The notes beneath the pieces were generated by a model. The model ran no database searches. It was not told the DNA's origin and saw only the letters and a list, made by a program, of their open reading frames with translations. The translations under genes were made by a program, and so were the position numbers. Source: an uncultured cyanobacterium (GTDB lineage: Bacteria; Cyanobacteriota; Cyanobacteriia; Cyanobacteriales; Microcystaceae). Taken from it: DNA of 64,000 bases. The stretch's first letter is position 1. Every line of letters begins with the position of its first letter. Where the stretch lies: contig CAWEDJ010000016.1 in the NCBI GenBank assembly GCA_963807635.1, positions 21,199 through 85,198 on the forward strand, written 5' to 3'. Shown here piece after piece: positions 34,477 through 45,076 of the stretch.

Positions 34477-34791
34477 ATGTTAACTGCGGATTTATTGACT
34501 CAAATTGTGCAGAGATTGGTGGAAAGCTTGCATCCTGAACAGATTATTTTGTTTGGTTCTCATGCCTATGGTGAACCCAATGAGGACAGTGATGTTGATT
34601 TATTTGTGATTGTCTCTGAGTCTGATCAACCTCGTTATCGGCGATCGCGTGAAGCGTATAAGTCTCTAAGCGGAATCGGTATATCGAAAGACATTATTGT
34701 GATGACTCGTGCAGAGGTTGAGCGTAAAGCGAATGTTACCAGTTCATTTGTTCATCAAGTGCTTCACCAAGGGAAGGTTTTATATGGATGA
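34477..34791 (+). CDS. Minimal nucleotidyltransferase (MNT/MntA antitoxin-like)
   Basis: IILFGSHAYG...SDVDL motif. Confidence 0.9.
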   Translation: MLTADLLTQIVQRLVESLHPEQIILFGSHAYGEPNEDSDVDLFVIVSESDQPRYRRSREAYKSLSGIGISKDIIVMTRAEVERKANVTSSFVHQVLHQGKVLYG

Positions 34792-34879
34792 CGTAAAATC
34801 TGAAGCGGAAGAAGCTTTGGCAATGGCTGACTTGATTCTGAGTTTTGTTGTTCTATTGTTACCCGATGATTTTCAATAA
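34784..34879 (+). pseudogene. Internally deleted HEPN toxin remnant
   Basis: Start overlaps the MNT stop; MDDVKSEAEEALAMADLILSFV...* looks like the first residues fused to the last helix of a HEPN protein. Confidence 0.55.
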
Positions 34880-35240
34880 ATTCACTCAAGTAGCAACAAA
34901 CGTAAAGAAAATAGCTGATCCAAGACAAAAAAACAATATTGCGGCTTGTGTTGAATTGTTGGCTGGTATTAATTATTCGGAGGATTTAATCAAAATGTAT
35001 TTACATGATGATATTTTAAAGGAGTCTGTTACTTATCAACGAATCCTTAATGATGGCGGAAAACAAGAGGCAATTGCTATTGTTACTAGACTTCTGAAAA
35101 AACGCTTTGGTGAGATTTCTGAAACTTTAAAACCTCAACTTAATGTCTTATCCATTGAACAACTAAAATCTTTAGGAGAAAGTTTACTAGATTTTACTGA
35201 GTTACAAGATTTGATGAATTGGTTAGAGAATAATACTTGA
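34880..35240 (+). pseudogene. C-terminal fragment of an Rpn-like/DUF4351 protein
   Basis: ILKESVTYQRI, RLLKKRFG and LSIEQLKSLGESLLDF..LQDLMNWL; no credible start. Confidence 0.7.
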
Positions 35241-35320
35241 TTTTTTATGAATAGGCGATCGCTTTTTGTTTAATCTAGGGTATTTTAAGATAGTGGTTAA
35301 CCCATCGTTTTTTAAATGTT

Positions 35321-35518
35321 ATGTCTGATACGGTGATCGAGGTCGAGAATCTCAGTAAGAAATATATTATTGGTCATCAGAAGCAGGAGCGTTACAGGTT
35401 GTTGCGGGATGTGATTGCGGATGGGGCTAAGGCTTTTTGGCGATCGCTTTCTGGTGGGGCTGGGATTCCTGAGAATAGGAGGCGTTTTAGCCATCGAAGA
35501 ATGTTTTGTTTGAAGTAA
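35321..35518 (+). pseudogene. Truncated duplicate of the wzt 5' end
   Basis: About 160 nt nearly identical to 36169-36330 ([25 protein letters not shown]...), then decays. Confidence 0.85.
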
Positions 35519-35588
35519 AATAAGGAAACTATATGGCGATTATGGAGCGGAAAATCAATTTTATTGGGAACTTAATATTTTATGAGGT

Positions 35589-36056
35589 ATGACAATGCTC
35601 ACTCAAACAAACTTTAAAAAGTTGTACGAACTCGACTCCTATTTATGGATAGAAAAAACGATTGAAGTTTTAAAAACTCACAGTTTAAAGGATTTGGACA
35701 TTGAAAATTTAATTGAGGAGTTAGAGAGTTTGGGGAAAAGAGATTTTAATAAGGTCAGAAGTCTTTTACGGCAGATTATGATTCATCTATTATTGTTAGA
35801 ATATTGGTCAGAAGAGTATGACAGAAATTATCGTCATTGGGAAGCAGAAATATTAGCTTTTAGATCTGATTTGAAAGATAATTTGACAACTACTCTAGAA
35901 AATAAATTATATGAGGGATTGGATGATTTATATGATGATGCTTCCAAATATATGTTGAAAAAGACAGGGTTAGCGAATAGCATTATCCCAATGAATTGTC
36001 CTTATTCTTTTCAGCAATTGTCGGATAAAAATTGGTATCCTCACCCTAAAGTTTAA
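35589..36056 (+). CDS. DUF29 family protein
   Basis: LYELDSYLW, LDIENLIEELESLG, HLLLLEYW and P..CPY. Confidence 0.88.
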   Translation: MTMLTQTNFKKLYELDSYLWIEKTIEVLKTHSLKDLDIENLIEELESLGKRDFNKVRSLLRQIMIHLLLLEYWSEEYDRNYRHWEAEILAFRSDLKDNLTTTLENKLYEGLDDLYDDASKYMLKKTGLANSIIPMNCPYSFQQLSDKNWYPHPKV

Positions 36057-36168
36057 TCAATCATTGAATGACCAGTTATCTTTTTGTGAAGATGATGAGT
36101 ATTTTTGTGAGTGTTTTGGGTATCTTAAGAATAGGACTAAATTAAGTCGTTAATTTATTTTGTGTTTT

Positions 36169-37459
36169 ATGTCTGATACGGTGATCGAGGTCGAGAATCT
36201 CAGCAAAAAATATATTATTGGTCATCAGAAGCAGGAGCGTTACACAGCGTTGCGGGATGTGATTGCGGATGGGGCGAAGTCTTTTTGGCGATCGCTGTCT
36301 GGTGGGGGGTCTGGGATTCCTGAGAATAAGGAGGAGTTTTGGGCGTTGAAGGATGTTTCCTTTGAGGTGAAGCAGGGGGAATGTATTGGGATTATTGGGC
36401 GCAATGGGGCGGGTAAGTCAACGTTATTAAAGATTTTGAGTCGGATTACGGAGCCTACGACGGGACGGATCAAGATTGGGTCGGGTGGCGAGTTTGTTGG
36501 AGGTGGGGACGGGTTTTCATCCTGAGTTGACGGGCGCGAGAATATTTTTCTCAATGGTTCGATTTTGGGGATGAGTCGGGCTGAGATTAAGGCTAAGTTT
36601 GATGAGATTGTGGATTTTGCGGAGGTGGAGAAGTTTCTGGATACGCCTGTTAAGCGTTATTCTTCGGGGATGTATGTGCGGTTGGCGTTTGCGGTGGCGG
36701 CGCATTTGGAGCCTGAGATTTTGATTGTGGATGAGGTGTTGGCGGTGGGGGATGCGGCAGTTTCAGAAGAAGTGTTTGGGGAAGATGGAGGATGTGGGAA
36801 AAGAGGGAAGAACGGTTTTATTTGTGAGCCATAATATGAAGGCTATTGAATTTTTATGTAAAAAAGTAATCATATTAAATCAAGGTAAACTTCAAGCCTA
36901 TGGAGATACTAATTTAATGACAAAAGATTATTTATCTCTTAATACAGAAACTTTATATAGATTAGATAAAATTTGGAATCGTGACGATATGCCAGGAAAT
37001 GATTTAATAAGAATACATAGTATAAAAGTAGTTCCAGATAACGATCCTCACAAAACTGATATAACTTATACTTCGCCTATAAAAATAGAGATTATGTATA
37101 AAATTTTATGCCAAGAAACTCTTTTTATACTAGCTCTGCACCTTAAAACTCTTTTAGGAGACATTGTCTTTGCTACTGCTTCAAAATTAACCACGCTTAA
37201 GGCTGGTATGTATGTAACAAAGTGTTTTATTCCTTGTAAATTCTTAAATAGTTGTGCCTATTCAATATCTTTATATTTTGATAGGGGCTACGGAAATCAT
37301 CTGTATATAATCGAAAATAATCATGAGTTAACATTCAAAGTTTATGAAGATATTCCTAGAGATATCGGTATTCCTGTTCAAGATGAGTATCCAGGGGCAG
37401 TACGTCCCGAATTTAAGATGGGAAACACAATTGTTAACTTAAACTTCGCAACAAAATAG
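36169..37459 (+). CDS. wzt: Polysaccharide ABC exporter ATPase Wzt with C-terminal carbohydrate-binding domain; frameshifts at about 36478 and 36757
   Basis: [38 protein letters not shown] and FVSHN; AT-rich Wzt_C-like tail. Confidence 0.9.
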
Positions 37460-37492
37460 TAATTCATAATTTATATAAGCGGAACTAAAAGT

Positions 37493-38494
37493 ATGTTATT
37501 TCATTCTCTTTTTAAGAAAATTTTTCCTGATTCACTAAGAAAATATATAAGAAAAGTTGACAAAGGTTTTCAGTCTATTGTTAAAGAAAATTATGAATTA
37601 AAACAAAAACTAACTAATTCAGAAAGATATGAAAAGAATTATGAACCCATTTTGCAAACCTGCGAAACTGTCATACGATTTTATATCGAAGATATATTTT
37701 TAAATAATGAAGAATCTTTCCGCACAGATTCTAAATTAGATTATAAAAATATAAAAAATATTTTGCCTAATAGTGGAGGTATTAAAATTAATCAAAACTA
37801 TTTGTCTGCTAAAGAGATAATCATGCAATTTGGTGATAGCGAAAATAGACAACAAGCCATCAATGGTTTTGAAGGATTTGCACCAGATGATGCTATTTTT
37901 GATTCAGAAAATCAATCTTACGAAATGTGGAGTTACTTAAATTTAGCTGGCGTGTTGGCCTACTTATCCTTAAAAAAAAGTACCAATCCTACATTTTTAG
38001 AACTAGGATGTGGAGCGTCACATCTCTTCTATTTTTTGCGCTCGTATCGAATAAATAACTATATAGGAATTGATGGACATTCAGATTTTATAAATTTTAA
38101 TCCTTATTTGAAAGGCTATGAAGAACACCTCATGATACAAAATCTACAAGAAGAAATTAAATTACAATCGTTAGATGGACGGAATATATTATTCGATGTG
38201 ATATTGTCTTTTGAAGTTATGGAGCATATTAGAGAAGATAAGATTGATAATCTTCTTAAAACCATACTTAATCATATGCATCAAAAATCAATATTAATTT
38301 GTACAGCTTCATTACAAGAGTTAGATGTTCATATTTTAGTAAGAGAAAGAAAGTGGTGGTTAAAACGTTTTGAAAATTTTGGATTATTTCCTATTCAAAA
38401 TGATAGCGTACTTATTGAAATAATTGGAAAATGTCACCCATTTAACTGGAAGCCAACTGATACGAATATTTTCATTATGGAATTAAAAAATTGA
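37493..38494 (+). CDS. Class I SAM-dependent methyltransferase (low GC)
   Basis: FLELGCGA, YIGIDG and FDVILSFEVMEHI. Confidence 0.85.
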   Translation: MLFHSLFKKIFPDSLRKYIRKVDKGFQSIVKENYELKQKLTNSERYEKNYEPILQTCETVIRFYIEDIFLNNEESFRTDSKLDYKNIKNILPNSGGIKINQNYLSAKEIIMQFGDSENRQQAINGFEGFAPDDAIFDSENQSYEMWSYLNLAGVLAYLSLKKSTNPTFLELGCGASHLFYFLRSYRINNYIGIDGHSDFINFNPYLKGYEEHLMIQNLQEEIKLQSLDGRNILFDVILSFEVMEHIREDKIDNLLKTILNHMHQKSILICTASLQELDVHILVRERKWWLKRFENFGLFPIQNDSVLIEIIGKCHPFNWKPTDTNIFIMELKN

Positions 38495-38565
38495 TAAAAA
38501 TTGATAAAAATTGACTTTGCCTAGAAATTAATACTTTTATTTTTGTTTGTTTACTTAATACAATT

Positions 38566-39807
38566 ATGATAAATGATAATTTATTATCTGATAATATTTT
38601 TATTATCGAGCCACGATTGTGGACAATGGAAGGACATGAATTTGAACACGTTATGGAATTTGCAAAAGGAATAAAACACTTTTATCCAGATCGTAAAGTG
38701 ATCGTTTTATCAGGAAAACAGGACGATAATTTGCGAAATGAACTTAAGAAGGTAGGTTTTATTGATTTAGCGTTTGAATGTTTTCCCCGTCGAATAATTT
38801 CAGATAGTAGTTCCATCTTTTATCTTTTAAAATCATCCTTTCAAGATGCACTTTCATTACGTTCTATATTAAAAAAATGTGCTGGTTATAAAAATGTTAA
38901 TTTACTCTTTAGCTCGTTAGCATTATATCAATTTTTATTGTTAGCTTTTTCACGTCTTGTGATGCCCTTTTGGAAAATCAAAGCAATAGGCATATTTCGC
39001 TATGATCCAATTAGTACAAGAGGAAAATTAAGAAAAAAATATTATTTTATTTTAAAAATTTTTCCTGCTAATCTGTTGTGGAAATTGGCAATTAGAGACA
39101 CAAAAATTGGGGTAGATAGCCATATTTTACAAGATATTTTATGTCATGAATTTAAAATTAAATCATCTCTAGCTCCTATTCCTATTCCAGGTGTCTGGAA
39201 AATCGAAAAAGATAATCCTAACTTACTGAATTTTAAGACTGAAAAATTACCGCTAACCGTTGGCTATATTGGACAACCAAGATCATCGCGTGGATTTGAG
39301 TTATTTGTTAACGTAGCAAGTGCAATGGAAAAGGAACGTTTAGCAAATTTAATAAAATTTAAAATAGTCATTTCTCCCGATGAAGATAATTTTTGGAATA
39401 CAAGCAATTCTGTTGATATTTTCCGATTTAATCTGATTGGTACTTTCTTTGAAGAGCGTCTTATGGATAGTGAAGATTTTGCTTATCAAATGAGTCAAGT
39501 TGATATTATCTGGGCTTTGGGAGATCCTAGTATATATAAAAGACAAACTAGCGGGGTTGTCACTCATGCAATATGTTTGGGAAAGAAGCTAATCACAAAT
39601 AAAGGAGGTTGGGCAGAAGAACTTCTCAAAAATTCTCAAGATATCCGTTTTTTAGAGCCAAATTTAGAAGAGGTAATCATTGCCTTACATTCATTCTTAT
39701 CTAATTATACGGAACAAAAAAATGAAGACAAGAGTATTCCCGATACATGGAGAAAAACAAATTCTCAATCTGCATTTTATCAATGGATATTTGAAAACTT
39801 AAGCTAA
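38566..39807 (+). CDS. Divergent GT-B glycosyltransferase
   Basis: GHEFEH, VGYIGQPRSSRGF and YKRQTSGVVTHAI. Confidence 0.7.
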   Translation: MINDNLLSDNIFIIEPRLWTMEGHEFEHVMEFAKGIKHFYPDRKVIVLSGKQDDNLRNELKKVGFIDLAFECFPRRIISDSSSIFYLLKSSFQDALSLRSILKKCAGYKNVNLLFSSLALYQFLLLAFSRLVMPFWKIKAIGIFRYDPISTRGKLRKKYYFILKIFPANLLWKLAIRDTKIGVDSHILQDILCHEFKIKSSLAPIPIPGVWKIEKDNPNLLNFKTEKLPLTVGYIGQPRSSRGFELFVNVASAMEKERLANLIKFKIVISPDEDNFWNTSNSVDIFRFNLIGTFFEERLMDSEDFAYQMSQVDIIWALGDPSIYKRQTSGVVTHAICLGKKLITNKGGWAEELLKNSQDIRFLEPNLEEVIIALHSFLSNYTEQKNEDKSIPDTWRKTNSQSAFYQWIFENLS

Positions 39808-39816
39808 TACAATTCT

Positions 39817-41157
39817 ATGAAAAATAACTTTAACAAAAAAACAGAAGTGAATATTTTATTTGTTGCCGATTTTATACCAGGTGTTGGATATGGCGCAAGT
39901 ACATATACCTTATCTATTCTTGAATACCTATTAAAAGAGAATTGTAATATTACCTATATTTCAACTAAGATAAATATGAAAAGCTTGATAGAGTTATCGA
40001 GTTTTTCTCCCAGCATAAAAAAAATTTTATTGAAAAGTTTATTTCGTTATTTTAAGTTTTTATTAACTAACCCAATTCTATGGAAGGAATATTTTATAAG
40101 TTTTATTTTTTTTCTCTATTCATCTTTACCGATACCAGTAAAAAAGCAATATCGTTCTCTTAAAAGATTGTTATTAAAACCTTTAGGCATACAATTTAAA
40201 GATGATAGTGATTTTAATCCGAATCTAATTAAGAATAATCAAAATTTAGATAGCATCACAAAAAAAGAAACCATTCCACTTATTCAAAAAGAGGCTCTAA
40301 AGTTTCGCCCTCAAATTATTATTAGTAATTATGTTTGGATGGCTTATGCTTTTGATTTTGTTGACTCAAATACATTAAAAGTCATTATTACTCATGACAT
40401 TATGCATGAACGATTCAAAACTTTTGAAAAATGTAAGCTTACCAATGCAGAATCTCATTTATTAGATTGGGATAAACAAACTGAAATTAAAGCTTTAAGT
40501 AAAGCAGATTTATTATTAGCTATTCAAGAGGATGAAGCGAGAAGCTTAAATAATTTAGACATGAGTAATGAGATTTTTACAGTCCCAATGGCGATTAATT
40601 TTCATCCTTCTATTTCTGATCAAATAACAGGAAGATGCTTATTTATCGGTAGTCAATCAAAACATAATTTTTATAGTTTATGTTGGTTTTTAGATGAAGT
40701 ATGGCAAGAATTATTGGGAGCGTCACCATCTGTTGAATTACACGTATGTGGCGGTGTTGGTAATTGGTTTAAAAATGATTATAAAAATGTTTACTTCAAA
40801 GGAATCGTGCCAGATTTATCTCTTGAATATTCTCAAGCTCAGGTATGTATTATCCCAAATATTGTAGGTAGTGGACTAAAAATTAAATTAATAGAAGCAC
40901 TATCCTATGGAAAAGCCTGTGTTTCTACTTCTATTGGCTTACAAGGATTAACAGAGCTTTCTAATGAAGTCGTTTTATTAGCCGACGATCCAGATGCTTT
41001 TCGTCTAGCGGTATTAGAATTATTAACAAATAATGAAAAACGAGAAAAAATAGAATCTTTAGCCAAAGATTACGTTATCAATAATTTATCACCAGATATT
41101 GTTTACGCTCCTCTTGTTGACAGATTTTATCAGCATATAAATAAATTAAAAATTTAA
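39817..41157 (+). CDS. Glycosyltransferase family 4
   Basis: LFIGS...HN and GSGLKIKLIEALSYGKACVST. Confidence 0.88.
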   Translation: MKNNFNKKTEVNILFVADFIPGVGYGASTYTLSILEYLLKENCNITYISTKINMKSLIELSSFSPSIKKILLKSLFRYFKFLLTNPILWKEYFISFIFFLYSSLPIPVKKQYRSLKRLLLKPLGIQFKDDSDFNPNLIKNNQNLDSITKKETIPLIQKEALKFRPQIIISNYVWMAYAFDFVDSNTLKVIITHDIMHERFKTFEKCKLTNAESHLLDWDKQTEIKALSKADLLLAIQEDEARSLNNLDMSNEIFTVPMAINFHPSISDQITGRCLFIGSQSKHNFYSLCWFLDEVWQELLGASPSVELHVCGGVGNWFKNDYKNVYFKGIVPDLSLEYSQAQVCIIPNIVGSGLKIKLIEALSYGKACVSTSIGLQGLTELSNEVVLLADDPDAFRLAVLELLTNNEKREKIESLAKDYVINNLSPDIVYAPLVDRFYQHINKLKI

Positions 41158-41161
41158 GGTA

Positions 41162-42352
41162 TTGATGAATAAAAATAAAATTGTACTTATTTCTCTAGTT
41201 CTATTTGATTGTGGAGGAATTGGCCATAACTATGAATATGTCAATGCCGTTTATAATGCCACAAAAACAATAGGATGGACACATTATGCCGCCCTTCCTG
41301 CTAACTTTCTAACTATTAACTTAAAAAAAACATGGATAGCTTGCTTAAGCAATTGTAGAAGATTGAGTGACAAAAAAGAAAATCTACTCATTAAATTATT
41401 TCGATTAACACTAAACTCACTTAAATTATCAAAATCAATTTATCAATATTTAGATAATACCCTATCAACCATCGATCAAGAATCATTACCGATAATTTTT
41501 ATTGATAGCTTTAAACCCCCAGAAATCTTAGCTTTTACCATAGCCTTATTTTTTCTCCCCCATAAAAAACTTACCGTATGGTTATTTTATCGCCACGATG
41601 ACTATCAAAAAAAACTCATAGGAAAATTTTATAAAATCATCAACATTGTCATAAAAAATAAAATTACAGAAAATAAATTTATACTTTTAACAGATAGTAA
41701 AAAATTACAAAAATCCTTAAACTCTTATTTCAAACAACAAATTCACCTTTTGCCAATTCCACACACACACAATCTTAAAAATATCATTGAAGACGAGATT
41801 ATTAAAAACACTACCGATATATCAATTTCAGCTTGGTGGTGTGGCAACCCAAACTTAGAAAAAGGACTAAAAACCATTCAAGAATTAGTAATGCTATCAG
41901 ATCCATTTGCAAAATACATACATTTATTCACATCTAAAAATGCCTATTTGCCCAACGTCAATAACAACATTAAAATCACTTATTTACCAGCTTATTTAAC
42001 TCGTCAAGAATATTTACAACAATTAAATAATGTAGATATTTTATTATTACCCTATGACTCAGAAATATATCGAGAAAGAACTTCAGGCATATTTGTAGAA
42101 GCCATCTGTGCAGGCAAAATTCCCTTTGTGACTCAAGGAACCTGGATGGCAACAGAATTGATTCCCTATGATCTAAACGAATTAATTATTGACTGGACAA
42201 AAAATAACGTATTTGAATCCATATTTACAATCGCAAATAATACAATTACTCGAAAAAAAATCATGATAATGCGTGACGATTACTTAAAATTCCACTCAGT
42301 CGAATCTTACGCTAGACAGATGCAACAAATCTTTGACTTATCAGCCGACTAA
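41162..42352 (+). CDS. Divergent GT-B glycosyltransferase
   Basis: GHNYEY, EKGL and LLPYD..YRERTSGIFVEAICAGK. Confidence 0.8.
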   Translation: MMNKNKIVLISLVLFDCGGIGHNYEYVNAVYNATKTIGWTHYAALPANFLTINLKKTWIACLSNCRRLSDKKENLLIKLFRLTLNSLKLSKSIYQYLDNTLSTIDQESLPIIFIDSFKPPEILAFTIALFFLPHKKLTVWLFYRHDDYQKKLIGKFYKIINIVIKNKITENKFILLTDSKKLQKSLNSYFKQQIHLLPIPHTHNLKNIIEDEIIKNTTDISISAWWCGNPNLEKGLKTIQELVMLSDPFAKYIHLFTSKNAYLPNVNNNIKITYLPAYLTRQEYLQQLNNVDILLLPYDSEIYRERTSGIFVEAICAGKIPFVTQGTWMATELIPYDLNELIIDWTKNNVFESIFTIANNTITRKKIMIMRDDYLKFHSVESYARQMQQIFDLSAD

Positions 42353-42383
42353 ATCCCAGAAAAACTTAATTTAATATAAAAAA

Positions 42384-42457
42384 GCGATCGCGCCCAACAA
42401 TTTAGTTAGTCAAAATGTGCCAAAGAAACCGTAGAAATTTACAAAACAATCACATAA
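42384..42457 (+). pseudogene. 3' remnant of a GT4 gene starting at a HIP1 site
   Basis: GCGATCGC at 42384 reads DRAQQFS*SKCAKETVEIYKTIT*, a typical GT4 'RA..FSW..A..T..Y' tail with W mutated to stop. Confidence 0.7.
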
Positions 42458-42497
42458 TTTTTACATTTCAAATCTGGAGTCTCTTTAATCAATAAAA

Positions 42498-43670
42498 ATG
42501 CAACTTCTCTATACCCTAACGACCTATCCCCCCGCGATCGGTGGCGCACAACTCCATCAACACCTCATCGCCCAACAACTCAAACAAAAACACCCAATTC
42601 AAGTGATTAGCCATTGGAATCAAAACCGCACCGACTGGCTACTCGGAACAACCATTAACGCCCCAAAAGATCCCCTAAACTACACCATTGATGACATTCC
42701 CGTTCACCGCTTCGGACTCAACCTTAACGATAAAATCCGACTACTTCCCTATCTTCCCCTCTACTATCCCGTGATGGATTTTGCCCTTCCCGCGATCGCC
42801 AATTGCATCAGCCAATACCTAGATCCCTACGCCCAACAAGCTGACCTCATCCACAACGTTCGTATCGGTCGAGAAGGACTCAGTTATGCCTCCTACCAAA
42901 TCGCTCAGAAATATAACATTCCCTTCGTTTTCACCCCCGTTCATCACCCGCGTTGGATTGGTTGGCGTTATCGTGCCTACCTCAAACTCTATCAACTCGC
43001 CGATGCCGTCATTGCTCTGACCCAAACTGAAAAACAAACCTTAATAGAACTAGGGGTAAAGCCAGAACGAATTACCGTTACAGGAATAGGGCCAATAGTG
43101 GCTGAAACTGTTAACATAAAAGCCTTTAAAGCAACCTATAAAATTACTGATCCCATCATTCTTTTTTTAGCTCAACATTATCCCTACAAAGGCTATCAAC
43201 AACTTCTTCAAGCAGCTCCCTTAGTTTGGAAAAAATTTCCCGAAGCCCAATTTGTTTTTGCTGGGCCAACGGTTGCCAACTCTGAACAATACTTTAAAAA
43301 TCAAGATCCCAGAATTCATCGCTTAGGAGCCTTAAATCTTGAAGATAAAACCAATGCCTTGGCCGCTTGCACCATGCTTTGTGTACCCTCTAGCCAAGAA
43401 AGCTTTGGCGGAGTTTATACTGAAGCTTGGAATTTTGCTAAACCCGTTATTGGTTGTAATATTCCTGCTGTTTCCGAAGTCATTGATCAGGGCATTAACG
43501 GCTACTTAGTCAATCAAACACCTGAGTCAATTGCCGATGCCATCTGTCAAATATTACAAAACCCCAGCGCATCACAAAAAATGGGACAAGCAGGGAAAGA
43601 AAAACTTCAAAAAAACTTTACTTGGTCAATTATTGCAAAAAAAACAGAGTCAATCTATCTAAACTTATAG
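42498..43670 (+). CDS. Glycosyltransferase family 4
   Basis: YPPAIGGAQ, YKGY and ESFGGVYTEAW..KPVI. Confidence 0.9.
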   Translation: MQLLYTLTTYPPAIGGAQLHQHLIAQQLKQKHPIQVISHWNQNRTDWLLGTTINAPKDPLNYTIDDIPVHRFGLNLNDKIRLLPYLPLYYPVMDFALPAIANCISQYLDPYAQQADLIHNVRIGREGLSYASYQIAQKYNIPFVFTPVHHPRWIGWRYRAYLKLYQLADAVIALTQTEKQTLIELGVKPERITVTGIGPIVAETVNIKAFKATYKITDPIILFLAQHYPYKGYQQLLQAAPLVWKKFPEAQFVFAGPTVANSEQYFKNQDPRIHRLGALNLEDKTNALAACTMLCVPSSQESFGGVYTEAWNFAKPVIGCNIPAVSEVIDQGINGYLVNQTPESIADAICQILQNPSASQKMGQAGKEKLQKNFTWSIIAKKTESIYLNL

Positions 43671-43805
43671 ATATTTTACTGATTTTGTATGGTAAATTCT
43701 TAAGTCCTTAAATCGTAGTTTAACAACAAAATAAAGATAAGCCCCTTCATTAACCCGATCAGCGATCGCCTACAATAAAACTAAGCAGAGTACAGGAAAC
43801 CAACA

Positions 43806-44411
43806 ATGGCAACAACAGCAGATGAAGTTTGGAAACTATTAGGAGAACTCATTCAAGCCCAAAAACAGACAGAACGTCTCCTCCAAGAACAGTCTCAGGA
43901 AAGCGATCGCCGTTTTCGGGAAACAGACCGTCGTTTTCGGGAAACAGAACGAGTGATGAAAGAACAAAACCAACGAGTTGATGAACAGTTAGGTAAATTA
44001 GGCAACCGTTTAGGAGAATTTGTGGAATGGCAAGTCAGACCTGCGGCAGTTCGTTTATTCCAAGAGCGAGGCATTGATGTTAACGAATTATCCACCGATC
44101 TTTCTGTACAAAAAGGAGATGATGGCCTCGAAATTGATCTTTTAGTCGTCAATGGGTCAGAGGCGATCGCGATCGAAGTTAAAAGTAAACTAACTCAAGC
44201 CGATGTAGATGAACATTTAGAAAGATTAGATAAGTTCAAAAAACTTTTACCTCGTTATCAGAGTTTAAAGATTTTGGGAGCAGTCGCGGCAATGGTAACC
44301 CCCTCAGAAGTAGCTCGTTATGCCTACCGTCAAGGCTTATTTGTCATTGCTCAATCGGGAGATAATTTAGTCATTCTTAACGACCAAAAATTTCAACCAA
44401 AAGCTTGGTAG
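43806..44411 (+). CDS. DUF3782-type coiled-coil PD-(D/E)XK nuclease-like protein
   Basis: ETDRRFR repeats, LGNRLGEFVE and EIDLL...IEVKS. Confidence 0.82.
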   Translation: MATTADEVWKLLGELIQAQKQTERLLQEQSQESDRRFRETDRRFRETERVMKEQNQRVDEQLGKLGNRLGEFVEWQVRPAAVRLFQERGIDVNELSTDLSVQKGDDGLEIDLLVVNGSEAIAIEVKSKLTQADVDEHLERLDKFKKLLPRYQSLKILGAVAAMVTPSEVARYAYRQGLFVIAQSGDNLVILNDQKFQPKAW

Positions 44412-44635
44412 GGACGATTCCGCGATTGCCTCTGGCTACCTCATTAACCTCAAGGCCATCATTGAAAGTAATACTCAAGAAATTAATCTTTGCTAAGAAA
44501 AGTCTCGTCCTTTTAGACTCAAAATTTTAAATCCACCCTACCAGTTATTTTTCTGCCATAAAGCCAACTAGAATAGTCGCTAATAAAATCAGAAACAAAC
44601 CTAACTCAATCAATCAAGTTTCATCATAAAAAATA

Positions 44636-45076
44636 ATGAATCAACTATCATCACTGTATGAATCCGACTTTAACCTGTGGCTCGAAACCAACACCAATCT
44701 TCTTAAACAAAGAAAATTTACTCAAGTGGATATAGAACAACTCATCGAAGAAATAGAAGACATGGGCAACAACCGTAAAGATGCCTTAGAAAGTAACTTA
44801 ATGAGAGTCTTTCAGCACCTACTCAAATGGAAATATCAACCTAAAAACCGAAGCAATAGCTGGCGAGCCTCCATCACCGAACACTCATTACGCCTAAACA
44901 AAGCCCTAAAAAAAAGCCCTAGTCTTAAACCCTATTTAAAAAATGTTTATGAAGAATGTTATCAAGATGCCCGCTTAGTCGCTTCCCGTGAAACAGGACT
45001 AGACATTAACACCTTTCCCGTCAGTTGTCCTTTTACCTCTGAACAAGTCTTGAACCCAGATTACCTGCCCGAATAA
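44636..45076 (+). CDS. DUF29 family protein
   Basis: LYESDFNLW, LIEEIEDMG, HLLKWKYQP, SW..SI and FP..CPF. Confidence 0.92.
   Translation: MNQLSSLYESDFNLWLETNTNLLKQRKFTQVDIEQLIEEIEDMGNNRKDALESNLMRVFQHLLKWKYQPKNRSNSWRASITEHSLRLNKALKKSPSLKPYLKNVYEECYQDARLVASRETGLDINTFPVSCPFTSEQVLNPDYLPE

Noticed and set aside
38486..38514. (AAAAATTGAT)x3 tandem repeat
   Set aside because: Short slippage repeat at a stop codon in AT-rich DNA with no evident function
43905..43950. 21 nt coding tandem repeats in the DUF3782-like gene (also in Uma2 and DUF4351)
   Set aside because: Heptad coiled-coil repeats are normal for these families
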